Below are positions 22,374 through 33,248 of a DNA stretch of 37,834 nucleotides, one piece after another. A program made the translations under genes and the position numbers. This stretch comes from Ionaspis alba. Lineage: Eukaryota. Under the pieces are notes generated by a model. That model made no database searches. It had not been told where the DNA came from and saw only the letters and a program-made list of their open reading frames with translations. The stretch lies in assembly GCA_964255285.1 (NCBI GenBank), contig CAXUUL010000071.1:1-37834 (forward strand), written 5' to 3'. How positions within the stretch are numbered: the first letter of the stretch is position 1; every line of letters starts with the position of its first letter.

Positions 22374-23610
22374 AGTTGTTGATTGCAGAATAACAACGAC
22401 GAGGAATTCTGTGCAGGAAACTGCTTAAGCCGCTGGATGAAGAAGTGTCCTGCACCGTGACATAGTTCATCACAATGCCACTAGGGCTCAGCAAGAAGTA
22501 AAGCTGCAAGAGCGACTATTAAGAATCACATGCGGACATAGCGCTGACAAGACATGAATTCTTTCCATTGGCATTGCTGAATCCACCTCGGGCTTCATGG
22601 GATCAGCAGAAGACGCGTGCATAGTTCTGTGCCACCACTGCAACCCTGTCGCGGAGTTGGTAACCCTAGCTTTTCCATCCTCCCATCCAATGTGATTGGG
22701 AGGTCTGTTGCAGACTTGACTTGGAAAGCTTGATCAGGATATGCTCCGTGTCATTATTGATGTTCGAAACATTAGGGTGAGGAGATCCGCGGATAGATTT
22801 CTGCAGAGTTGACATGTGTGCGGGGGTCGGAGGAAAGGTCAACACCGCTTCCGCCATGATTATGAGGCGGGAGCCAGTGATAGTCAACCTTTAATTTCAT
22901 CACACACAGAGCTTCTGAAGAATCCTACCAAAGGCAGGTATACTGCTTGCGCACATCCAGCAAGGGATGAAGTGCACTTGGAACATGACATTGATCCGGA
23001 TTTGAAAGATAAACACAAAGTCGCTGGTTGTCCTTTCAAGTCCCGGTATTCCAGCTCAAACATATATGAGCGTACAAACATAGTGCTCAGTCCAAGGCTT
23101 AAGCTTCAACCAAAGAACAGCCGATGCAGAGTATACGTCCTTGCGAAACGCGCTAGAGCCAACTACATGTCCCCAGGATACTCCCCTGGAGCCCTCTCGG
23201 AGTCATATCGAAGTCATAGGAGCGCCAGTATCCGAAGTACCGTGATACCCCCTTTGCTCCGTCTATCCCAATATCCTTCAGCAGTTGTGGAAATTGCTTC
23301 GAGCCATATTAGCTGTCAGCTCGGCCTGAAAGTTCCTCGACTCGTTGCGGAGCGTGATGGGGATCTTGCCTATTATGTTTCAAGTTGCGAGATGATAGAA
23401 TGAAGGTGGCATGGGAAGGACGAGAGACAGGAGGCACGAATACCAGGAAATGGAGGCTTCAAGATCAATTTAGTGCACGATCTGGCAGTATAAAACGCCA
23501 TAGAAGCCCACATTTGAATTCAGTCCATCATCATCTTCTTCCTCTCTGCCAGATTCTATTCCACGTGGAAACCCAAGCGGTGCAGCAGCGAAGTCAACTT
23601 TTGATACAAG

Positions 23611-24246
23611 ATGAAGTTCAAAGTTTCTACCTGTCTCCTCACGTTATTGACGTCTGGGGTTCTTCTCGTAAGTCATTCACATCAATATCGAAGAGACAAT
23701 CTGATCTGATATCATGGTACTTAAAGGTCCTCGGCGCTCCACAGCCCAGTCCGTGGCAGCAGTATGGCAGCAGTATCTTAGACACGAAGAATGATCTGAC
23801 ACGACGTGTTCCGGTTCGGTTCCATACCCAACAAACTTGCCTGTCATCTCGCTCGTCTACTGACACTTCGTTTTATGGATCTAGGAGGTTATCATCTGCG
23901 AAACCCCAGACGAACCAGTATCTGTCGATAACCTCCAAGAAAACATCCATTACCTGCAGAGGGTAGGCGTTTGCAGTGTTGGGCCTCACAGTTGTGTTCG
24001 TGTCAGTTGCTCATATAACAACGCCATTCTTTTTTGCAACGATGTACATGACATCCAGAATCGATTCCCAATGGACTTATCGCTGACCCAATGCTATAGA
24101 ATGATCACAATATTGAACAGCCAGGCGCACACCTGGGGGATTACGCCACAAGCATAACGCATCAGTGCGGGAGGGATGGTAATGCCAAAGGCCGTTACAA
24201 GGACTCAGAAGGTTGGAACGTGGTTGTAAGGAGAGATTTTTGCTGA
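23611..24246 (+). CDS. Small secreted cysteine-rich protein (candidate effector/toxin), 149 aa
   Basis: Four exons with phase-0 introns: 23611-23667, 23727-23813, 23885-24043, 24100-24246; total 450 nt. Introns GTAAGT..AAG, GTTCGG..CTGAC..TAG and GTACAT..GCTGAC..TAG. Protein: MKFKVSTCLLTLLTSGVLLVLGAPQPSPWQQYGSSILDTKNDLTRRVPEVIICETPDEPVSVDNLQENIHYLQRVGVCSVGPHSCVRVSCSYNNAILFCNDNDHNIEQPGAHLGDYATSITHQCGRDGNAKGRYKDSEGWNVVVRRDFC. Confidence 0.88.
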
Positions 24247-24897
24247 ACTGCTCGACTGGTGGGTATTCACAGGTCTTGTGCGCCGAGACAGGAAATGGAA
24301 TACTGTAAATGTTCAGTACTGCTTAGAACTCACTAAACTTAATAATTATCATGGCATTCATTAGAAGCCTTCTAACATGGTTATGATGAATGGTAGAGGG
24401 TTGGGTGTAGTACTAAGACATCCCCTAGATACCTGACAGTCCCCTTAGGTATCTGCTTGACACCGAGGTTCAGACTGGGTGGGTCATGTTAGGGGACTTA
24501 GTATAACCCGCAATATAGAAGCCCAGATACAGTTCCTTAGTCTGCACTTAAGCAGCCGTTGTCCGGAACCCCTTTGCCGCAAGATCGCCGTTCAGGCCGG
24601 CCTTTAGGGAGTGAGGTACCATGACCTTTTGTGCCATGCATACCCAATTGTGTGTTGCCTGAAGTCTGAGTGATTCGCCAGGATTCTGCGCAAAGGCGGC
24701 CTGGCCTGTGGTCATTGTCCAATTTGGTCGCAGGCTCAGCGCCTGTCAAAACCCAAGCCGCCGGGCGAAAATGTCAGTCACCACCTTCACTATTTCACTC
24801 TCGTGTTCCTTCTTGGATTCTTCATTGACCTTATCGCCGTTGGTGCTTTGGACCGCGAATATACACCAGGCTGGCAGGTTTGAATAGGGTAGAACCT

Positions 24898-25107
24898 GAA
24901 GACTCGAAATACCTTGAATTGGCCGATGTAGCGGCACGGTGCGGTGCCTCCTNNNNNNNNNNNNNNNNNNNNNNNNNNNNNNNNNNNNNNNNNNNNNNNN
25001 NNNNNNNNNNNNNNNNNNNNNNNNNNNNNNNNNNNNNNNNNNNNNNNNNNNNGAAGACTCGAAATACCTTGAATTGGCCGATGTAGCGGCACGGTGCGGT
25101 GCCTCCT
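24898..25107. other. Scaffold gap (100 N, 24953-25052) flanked by an exact 55-bp direct duplication
   Basis: GAAGACTCGAAATACC...GGTGCCTCCT occurs identically at 24898-24952 and 25053-25107, abutting the N run. Confidence 0.95.
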
Positions 25108-28100
25108 GCGACTCCAAGCACATGCTGCATCGACTTGATGTATACTGAAGGCGGCTGAATCCTCTCCCGAACTACAAACCTCGGTTTTCATATGGAGGGT
25201 GTCGGTAGGTCTTTATATTATTGGTTCCGAGAATTGAAGGATATGGCACAAGGCGCTCTTGAGGTCCAAGAATGGTCCTCAATATAGCCAGAAGAAAATC
25301 CTTTGATCACAAGGCGGCGAAGTATCGGAGAAGGATTCGCATCGTTGGTATCGGAGGCACAAGTACACAGGTAATGAGTGAGGATGATCAGAATTCCACG
25401 CCTGGAAGCGCACGTCGAGTCCATAATTGAGATCATCAGTGTAAAAGGAACCGTCCTCACTCTTCATGAAACTTTGCCCCTCCGATCGAAAATCGAAATT
25501 GCCGGGCGAGACAATACATGCAGGTACAACATGTGAGCAAGGAAAGCTTTCATGATCCTATTGAATGTCTCAAAGCGGCGGTAGAAAGGGTCTGATTAAG
25601 AGTGAACATACAATCGATAACGTCTCTATATGCATCTTCTCTGATTCTGACACTCCCTGCAATTTCAAATGTAGCAAAACAAAGCAGGCAGATAGACTGC
25701 ATTACAAAATTGGAATAGAGATCTAGCCTTGGGTGAACATGGTATGCGCGATCGATTTTCAAGAGAAGATTCTCATACGACACGCTCATCGACTGAGAAA
25801 GCTACCTTTGCGAGCCTCTGCAGATTTCTGACGGAGCGCGAGCAGAGGATGGTATCGAGATCCTATGAGCAAATCTGCCGTCAAAAGCAAGCCTGCCATA
25901 AAGATCAAGCTTTTGCTTGACATACTTGCTCTTGGACCTGCTTCATAGTGAAGCACATGCTTGAGTACTCAATTTCACGAGCTCCTCAATCTCCCTAATG
26001 CTCATCGTTCTGCATCAAAAGGGTTTGCAGTATCGGAATTAGAACGGATTAGAACCCTCTGTTCCATGTTCGTGCCACCAGCAAACATGCACGGGAGCCC
26101 TATCTGGCCACTTGACTCCGTCTTCGATAGCATTACCAAAGGGGAAGGTCTCTCACTTCGCGAGCACTGTGGCACAAATATCGCAGTTCGCTTCCAGCCG
26201 CATCAAGCAGGCACACCTCAAGCACGGCTGAGGCGAAACCAAGGTGGTGTGATGGTTTATTCACGGCTGGCTGGCTAGACAACCCGCGTCAAGCAGGTCA
26301 GGAGTTGAAGATGATCGTCTCAAGATGTGTGTAAACCGCATAAGCCGAAAGAGGTAAATAATAGCTATTCGGTCATCGTTACAAAGTGGTTGCGTACGCG
26401 ATGTCCTACGTCTACGAGTTTCTGGAATCTCGGAGTCCATGATGTTACTTTGAGGGATTCCTGGCGTCCTGTTGCTCATCCACTGTGCAAATTCACCTCA
26501 CTGTCGATCGTTAGTGATATGGATCAAATTAAGCAATCCACGTCGAATCTGGAAGTCCCACAAATCTCCAATTTCAGCGGCATGTCAGACATCTTTAATT
26601 TAAGCTTACCTATTAATATTCGTCCTTGTGATTATGACCTTCGTACCGTCGGAACAGGATATCCAACAATCTCTTGTTGCCGTGATTCGAAACAACAGAT
26701 CCCAGTGACCTCATAGGTTTGCTCCCCAGGCCAACACCAGGTCCATGTGGGTAGCAGGGCCAATCCCGGACAGGAGAGGTGGTGGTGGGATAGAGCAGAA
26801 ACGTGCTTCAGGATGGTATGCGGGTTACATGCATGCATGTATGCCGCCGCCTTTCTCTCCATGCAGCCGTCTCCACTGGCTGTCTGTCTACCTGTCTACC
26901 TGCATGTTGCATGCTTGCTACTGTAGATGCGCATCAATCGTCCCCTTGCCGTGGCTGCCTTTCCTTTTATCCTCCCGTGCAAAACCTCCCCCAGATCCGC
27001 TCCAAGCCAAGACGGAAAAATACACAGTCTTGAATGACGCAAATACCCAGAATAATAACAGTCCAGAAGAACCAAGATCGTCAATCGGTTATTCTGGTGC
27101 TTTTGGTAATCTCGCAGAATTGCGCATTCAAGCCGAGCAATTATTCAGGCTAGGAGGATATGTATGTAGAAAGAAAGATTGTCACTCACCTGAACGGCGT
27201 ACGTTATTCCCGCTCTCCGAGATTGTAACAAGGGCCAGTAACGGCACATCAGCCCTGTATATCTCCACACGACCAGGTCGTAGCACTAGACTTGGAGCTT
27301 GAGAAATTCTCTTCCACCCAAGCAACGAGGACTACGGAGTACGTATGTATTCCTCAAAGACCGTGCTTCTTTCTTCCCGGCAATGGCTCATTGGTTGATG
27401 GTATTGTACGGAGTTCTCCCCGTGCTCCTTCCCTTCTCTTCCCTTCCCTTGCACCTGAACGAGTATCCGTGCCGCTTCCTAGTGATCAGCCACTGATTGC
27501 AAGCTCTCTCCAGCCAACGGCCCCTCTCCCAATCAACTGCTCCCAATCCTTCCCCTGGTGTGCGACACCCCATGCATGCTACGCCGTAACCCAACGCACT
27601 GCGAATAGACCTTTTCCACCTTGCGGATAAGCTTACTAGCTTTCTCTGGCTGGCTGCCGGCCCACGCCTTTGCTGCGCGATCACGGTCTGAGACTACTTG
27701 CCCATGTGGCCGGGTTGTTTCACCTGCTTGACGAGCGGACGATGATCGATGCGCCGGGAACTGGTAGAAACGGCCGAAACCCAGATCTGCGGTTGCGCTG
27801 CGTCCATTTGGCCTTGCTGTCGCAATAGCACCAGAATACTGGCGCAACAAGGTCCACTCTGATTTTGAGCACCACCGAAAAGCAGCCCAGTAGCCCAACA
27901 TCCCCTTCTCTTCTCCAATTCGACCGTCCTGATCAAGTTCTCGGTATCATCTCCTGTTGCGCAGTCGTGTTGGGTACATGAAAGTTGATCGCATGTTCTA
28001 ATTGTCCATACCATTCTTTGGCATCAGCAGCTTCCACTTCCTCGGTGACACGGCTGAATACATCGCTCGCTTCAATCTATGGCTAGAATTGATGGCAGGT

Positions 28101-28421
28101 AGATGCTCAGGGAATTCCGAGGTATACGGTAAGTTACATAAAGCCCCCGCTGCTGCCAGGGGGGGAGGTTGCATTATTATTATGGTTGTGCTGACGCTGC
28201 GCCGCCAACATTAGGTATCTCATTTCCCTCTGGTCCAGGCCATTGTTCCGCTTTGTTGTGAAGGAAGCATGTCCGCTCATGGAGCTTGCCTCACACTCCC
28301 AACATCGGGTTTCGGTATTGACCGCAGCAACAGCAACAACAATAGCAGAACTAGCAAAGATCTGCTGCTGAGGTTGGTGCACCACCCATCTAGGCCCAAC
28401 AAGCCAACGTGTTCGCCTCCG

Positions 28422-31400
28422 ATGGCCTCCAGCCTGCAACATTCTTTGTCATCGACGCGGTCCTTTCTGTCGAGGACCAGTAAGATGAGAGGTCATCGAA
28501 AAGAGAAGAGTCGGGATTCGATTGCATCGATTAGACAAGCTGAAGCCGTCCCAATCGAAGCCCTATGGACCGAAGGAAAGCAGGTCGTGTTTGACGGAAA
28601 ACCAGTCGCCATCCAAGCAACACAAGTCGGTGGCGAAGGCAAGCAGGTCGTGGAAGGGAAACAGATTGTCGCGGGAGTAAAAGTTCCAGTCTCAGAAATT
28701 GCGACTACAACGTCCAAGGAGCTTCACTTCGATTCGCTCGACGTTGAAAATCCCGAAAAGATTGCAGAGATTATGGAGGACGCAGTCAAGGCAGACAACG
28801 TGTTCCAAGGGCTTCCAGAATGTCGCATGGACGGTGTCTCAAGTGAAAGCTTGATCGATCACGACTTCATGCAAAGGGCGTTTGGCATTACGATGGATCC
28901 AAAGACTAGTTTCGTGGACCTGCCACAGTCAAATTCTCATACAGACACGGGTCTAAAGACCCTGACAGAGCCGGACAATGATGTTTTCGAAATGTATGTT
29001 CCGCTACAACTGGCCAAGGATCGGAGACCTGAGCTACAAGTCTCCATCCCCAATCGAAAGACACACTCGACAACTTCACCATCAAACAAAGTGGCAAGTC
29101 GATCTGGCAGGCCGCAGCAGGAGACACCGTTCACTGTGTCGCCACCTTCGACATGCACGACAGCACGACATAACAAGCCTTTCAATGGTCTGGCAACAGC
29201 GAGACTCTCGATAGTATCCCCTCTATCTGTCGTGGAAATGCCCAAACCGAGGAGACCTTTCTCAGCTTTGTCTCTTGAAGAACTCACTGCCGATCTTCCC
29301 GTCAGCAATGCGCCCGGGTCAAAATCAGCGACATCGAATTCTTCCGACGACACCAGAAGCAAGTCTTCGAGCGGACGCAGCCCGCGATCCTCGATGTCGA
29401 GTGTCAACTCCGACCGAGCCACAGTCAGGAAATCAAAAGAAAACCTCGATGGTGGTGCTCTTGGGAATTCTACGAAGCCATCCTCGGTGCTGCCATGCAC
29501 TAATGCAGGTGCTCCGGGTCATGGGACTTTAGCGCCCAGGTCGAAGAACATGAGCAGTACCCCATCCCTCCTCAGTAGTATGCCCTCACCAATCAAACCT
29601 CCCCTCCGGAGCAAAGCCAGTTACACTTCAATTCGCAGTACTGTCAGCACGATCAACAAAAATAAACCATTACCGCCGGAGCCGGGCTTGACCAACATCG
29701 CACCTCTCAATGTTGCCAACCAATCGCCGTCACGATCGAGCACCATGACTGTACGCCAACGTTTGCCACACTCGCAGCAAGCTCAGTACGGCGATGAGCC
29801 TCCAGCTGTAGCGCTTAATATTTCGAGACATGCCTCGACGAGATCCACGACCCTGCGCTCAAAATACACACCAAAAGACCTGGATGCTCTCGACGATGCC
29901 TTTCAAAAGACTGTGCCAACCAGGATCCCTTCCGCATTTTCCTATTCCAACAATTCGACACCCACTCTGAGCCAGGTCACTCTGGCACTGGAAACCCAGC
30001 TCGACACCATTACAGAAGACTCTCCCAATAATTCCATGGTCATACAAATGGTCAACGATCCTCTTCAAATCAGTCGCGGACCAATGCGCATGGAACCTTC
30101 GCGTAGACCTCCACCACCACCCTGCTGTACTGGATCGCCAGCCCAAGACAGACCCGAGACAAGGAGGAGACTCATGAAGCGCTCGGCCAGTAGCAATCAT
30201 GTGATCACACAAATGCGGTCGCATGATGGAGCCCCAAGGAGGCGTGCTTCAACGAATGTGGTCGGTTCCAGTAGCAAGGCGAACAAAATATTGGGCAAAA
30301 CGGGAGGATACGTAACTCCAGTCCGTATGGAACGCAAAAGCAGTATGGATTCGAATTGGAGTTCCGGAGATTCACCTGAGATGTATACCGACACCACAAG
30401 CCCTGCCATGTCGATCGACGACAGCCACACACCAGAGAGTGAACTGTCCTCTATTCCCGATGCTCATTTTGAAGAGATTCGGAAAAGACTTGAGCTACTC
30501 AGTCCGAAAGAGGATCCTTCCCAAACCTTCCTCGCCTTTCACACGCAAAATCTTTCTCGTTCGTCCGAAAAGTATCTCGATGAGATCAAGGTGATCCCAT
30601 CCACGGTGCAGAAGTCGATAAGTGACTTCAAGGGGAAGAAGCTACACGAACACATTGTTGAGCTTGAGGCCAATCGAAGTCCTTCCCCTGTCGAACTCGA
30701 GGACACGCAACGGATTCTACCAATTGAAATGGGACTTCCCAGCCCATTGCCCGTCCTCGATGCCTCTACCGCCGAGAAAGATATCCATCCTCTGACCCGA
30801 AAAAATGACACGCTTTCTCCACAATCTGCAACCCAGCTGTCGAACCAGGCACTTAAGAGCCGATCATTAAATGCGTCACAGCGATCGGTCAAAGCACGGT
30901 CATTGGCATCTCTTGCCATGTCAGAGATCCCAGATCTCTATGCTGCGATACCCTCGCCGCCTGAGAGTCGAATCAGGCCTTCGATGACTGCTGAAGAGGT
31001 TGAGCAGTTGATATCCGCCGATGCTGCCGAGCGTGTCTTGCTCAGAATACTCCAAAGTCTTGACAACCTGAAAGACCTCTTTGCAGCTGCCGAGGTCAGT
31101 CGTGGTTTTTACCGTACCTTCAAGCGACACGAACTATCACTTATCAAGAATGCCTTATGGTGCATGTCACCCGCCGCCTGGGAACTTCGCCAAATGAGTA
31201 TTCCATTCGCAGACCTCGAGGATGGTGCTCGTGACTACAAACCGAGAATGTACTTGCAGCATTACATTAGGGATTTGCTGACAATGGTGAAATTGAAAAC
31301 AATGATTTTAGATCACTGCAAAACATTCCTTCGACCCGAGACTATCTCCGGTCTTGCAGGCGAGACTGATAGATCTCCAATCATTGACGATGCTTTCTGG

Positions 31401-32741
31401 CGTGTCTGGACTTTCTGTCGGATATTCGGGTGTGGCGAAGGACGAGAGCACGACATTGTTGGCCAGATGGATTGGTTGAAGGGTGGTGTACTGGCGAAAC
31501 AGCAGAGTACCGACACCGGCACACTTGCAATGAATGATGGGGTTTCCCTAAACTCGGTCCTGTTCAATCCACCGGCAGGCTTCGCAAGGGGGAATGGAAG
31601 TGGTCTGAGCGCGGAAGAGCTTTACGATATGACAGAGATCTGGACTTGTCTTGGTGTTTTGGTTCGCGGCTATCAGGGTAAACGACAGGAAGCGAGAGAG
31701 TTTGGCGTTTTCGACGGTACAGACATTGCCGTGGGTGATGTGAAGAACGAAAACGTTGCTCTTGGTAAGTTCCATCCTCTGGAGGCCGTCGCAATGCATA
31801 CTGATCTTCCAATAGAGGAATGGACACACTATCTCCTCAGCCTTGCTCCTTCAGCTATTTTAGATGTCACCTCTGCCGCAACACCGACACAGGCAACCTT
31901 TGCCCAGGTTCGGTCTCAAGGCTACACGTCATGGAAGATGCCATCACAAGGTGCATCACGCTCGACTTTCCTGAAGGAAGCCGTTACCAGAGTCTATGAA
32001 GAGAAGATGGCTCTCCACCGACCGTCGGCCTCAGGATCACCGAACGGTTTCTCCGCTCTCCCCCAAGTCGCCCCCACCACTCCACAACCTTCGTCACCAG
32101 AGAATACCGATGAGGTTTTTGCCTCCCGTCAGCGGCGCGCTGTGCACGCAGCTGAACTCCGCGCGAAGAAACAAGACCCCAACTACAAAGATGTGCCGAT
32201 ATCAGAGGAAAGGCCAATGAGCAATTACCCCGACGTTCTGGCCCGTCTCGAAGCCCAAGGCATATCCACCGGCAATGCTCCACCGGTACCCAAAATGCCA
32301 AGCCTGGCATCCCGTTTCTCCCTCCGACGACCTAAAGTCACCGTCACCTCACCTTCGAGTTCGAAGAGCTCCCCTAAACCTGGTTCCCCTGCAAGCCCTA
32401 CAGCATCCCCCTCCCGCCAGCAGAAGACTGCTCGTCATCCTACAACCTCTCAAGAACGCCTCGTTGGTCACGTTCCAAGTGCAAGTGTCTCACAAGAAAA
32501 ATTGCCTCTCCATCCCCATACTCAACCATTACCCACAATTCCGACAGGCCCTCAAGTGCGGGATCCGGTTGATGTGGCGGTGGAGAGGCTTACGCAGATG
32601 GGCTTCGAGACGTCGAGAGCAAAGAAGGCACTGGCAGAGACGGATAGTGGAAATAGTGTTGATTTCGGACGTGCGGTCAGTATGTTGATCAAGGAGAGGG
32701 AGAGGAAGAAGTGTTTGGGGAGGTTGGATAGAATGGGTTAG
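28422..32741 (+). CDS. Large Ser/Pro-rich protein with an internal F-box-like segment and a C-terminal UBA domain, about 1422 aa
   Basis: 1490-codon ORF from 28269; the start could be 28269 or 28422. Probable in-frame 51-nt intron at 31765-31815 (GTAAGT..ACTGAT..TAG). Conserved-looking core AAERVLLRILQSLDNLKDLFAAAEVSRGFY...IDDAFWRVWTFCRIFGCG...ELYDMTEIWTCL. C-terminal VERLTQMGFETSRAKKAL...RAVSML carries the UBA MGF motif. Confidence 0.85.
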   Translation: MASSLQHSLSSTRSFLSRTSKMRGHRKEKSRDSIASIRQAEAVPIEALWTEGKQVVFDGKPVAIQATQVGGEGKQVVEGKQIVAGVKVPVSEIATTTSKELHFDSLDVENPEKIAEIMEDAVKADNVFQGLPECRMDGVSSESLIDHDFMQRAFGITMDPKTSFVDLPQSNSHTDTGLKTLTEPDNDVFEMYVPLQLAKDRRPELQVSIPNRKTHSTTSPSNKVASRSGRPQQETPFTVSPPSTCTTARHNKPFNGLATARLSIVSPLSVVEMPKPRRPFSALSLEELTADLPVSNAPGSKSATSNSSDDTRSKSSSGRSPRSSMSSVNSDRATVRKSKENLDGGALGNSTKPSSVLPCTNAGAPGHGTLAPRSKNMSSTPSLLSSMPSPIKPPLRSKASYTSIRSTVSTINKNKPLPPEPGLTNIAPLNVANQSPSRSSTMTVRQRLPHSQQAQYGDEPPAVALNISRHASTRSTTLRSKYTPKDLDALDDAFQKTVPTRIPSAFSYSNNSTPTLSQVTLALETQLDTITEDSPNNSMVIQMVNDPLQISRGPMRMEPSRRPPPPPCCTGSPAQDRPETRRRLMKRSASSNHVITQMRSHDGAPRRRASTNVVGSSSKANKILGKTGGYVTPVRMERKSSMDSNWSSGDSPEMYTDTTSPAMSIDDSHTPESELSSIPDAHFEEIRKRLELLSPKEDPSQTFLAFHTQNLSRSSEKYLDEIKVIPSTVQKSISDFKGKKLHEHIVELEANRSPSPVELEDTQRILPIEMGLPSPLPVLDASTAEKDIHPLTRKNDTLSPQSATQLSNQALKSRSLNASQRSVKARSLASLAMSEIPDLYAAIPSPPESRIRPSMTAEEVEQLISADAAERVLLRILQSLDNLKDLFAAAEVSRGFYRTFKRHELSLIKNALWCMSPAAWELRQMSIPFADLEDGARDYKPRMYLQHYIRDLLTMVKLKTMILDHCKTFLRPETISGLAGETDRSPIIDDAFWRVWTFCRIFGCGEGREHDIVGQMDWLKGGVLAKQQSTDTGTLAMNDGVSLNSVLFNPPAGFARGNGSGLSAEELYDMTEIWTCLGVLVRGYQGKRQEAREFGVFDGTDIAVGDVKNENVALGKFHPLEAVAMHTDLPIEEWTHYLLSLAPSAILDVTSAATPTQATFAQVRSQGYTSWKMPSQGASRSTFLKEAVTRVYEEKMALHRPSASGSPNGFSALPQVAPTTPQPSSPENTDEVFASRQRRAVHAAELRAKKQDPNYKDVPISEERPMSNYPDVLARLEAQGISTGNAPPVPKMPSLASRFSLRRPKVTVTSPSSSKSSPKPGSPASPTASPSRQQKTARHPTTSQERLVGHVPSASVSQEKLPLHPHTQPLPTIPTGPQVRDPVDVAVERLTQMGFETSRAKKALAETDSGNSVDFGRAVSMLIKERERKKCLGRLDRMG

Positions 32742-33248
32742 AAGGGTGTTCGCAGCAGGTCACGATCGATTTATATGTGCTATACCAGGCTCCAAGGATA
32801 TGGGTAAAGGTCGTGAGAGCTCGAGGGAAGGGTGAATGAGTTTCGCTGTTTTCGGAAGTGAATTTATGATACCACATGTACGACGGCGCAATTCTGGCAA
32901 GAACGGGACTTAGATCTTGGATATTGGACATATCCGTACATAGTTGAAGGCATCATTTAACTTCGTGTGTCATTCCAGGGCTATCTATTAAATTCGTCGA
33001 ATTTCGTCCTTGATTTCCCTCGCCCTTACGACATGTTGGCTTGATCGAAACAATCGAGATAACCTAGAGGTAGGAGAACGGAAAGGATCCACTAATCTCA
33101 AGAGGTTAAGTACAAAACATTCAGGTTACTCCGTTCGCGTTTACGAGGATGTCAGCTCGATTAACGCAGCAGGTTGGCCCAACACGTAGCGACTGAAATC
33201 AGTCAAAGCCACCTCCTTCCTTCCCCGTCCTCAAAAGGATAGCACAGA

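Noticed and set aside
22816..23966. ORF-track ORFs of 195 aa and 193 aa
   Set aside because: Non-ATG starts and no motifs. The second shares frame only with exon 2 of the secreted-protein gene and reads through its introns.
24500..27300. Multiple ORFs around and after the gap, considered as a transposon or pseudogene remnant
   Set aside because: No transposase, RT, TIR or LTR signature and no AT-rich RIP-like composition; ORFs crossing the gap are artefacts of the N run.
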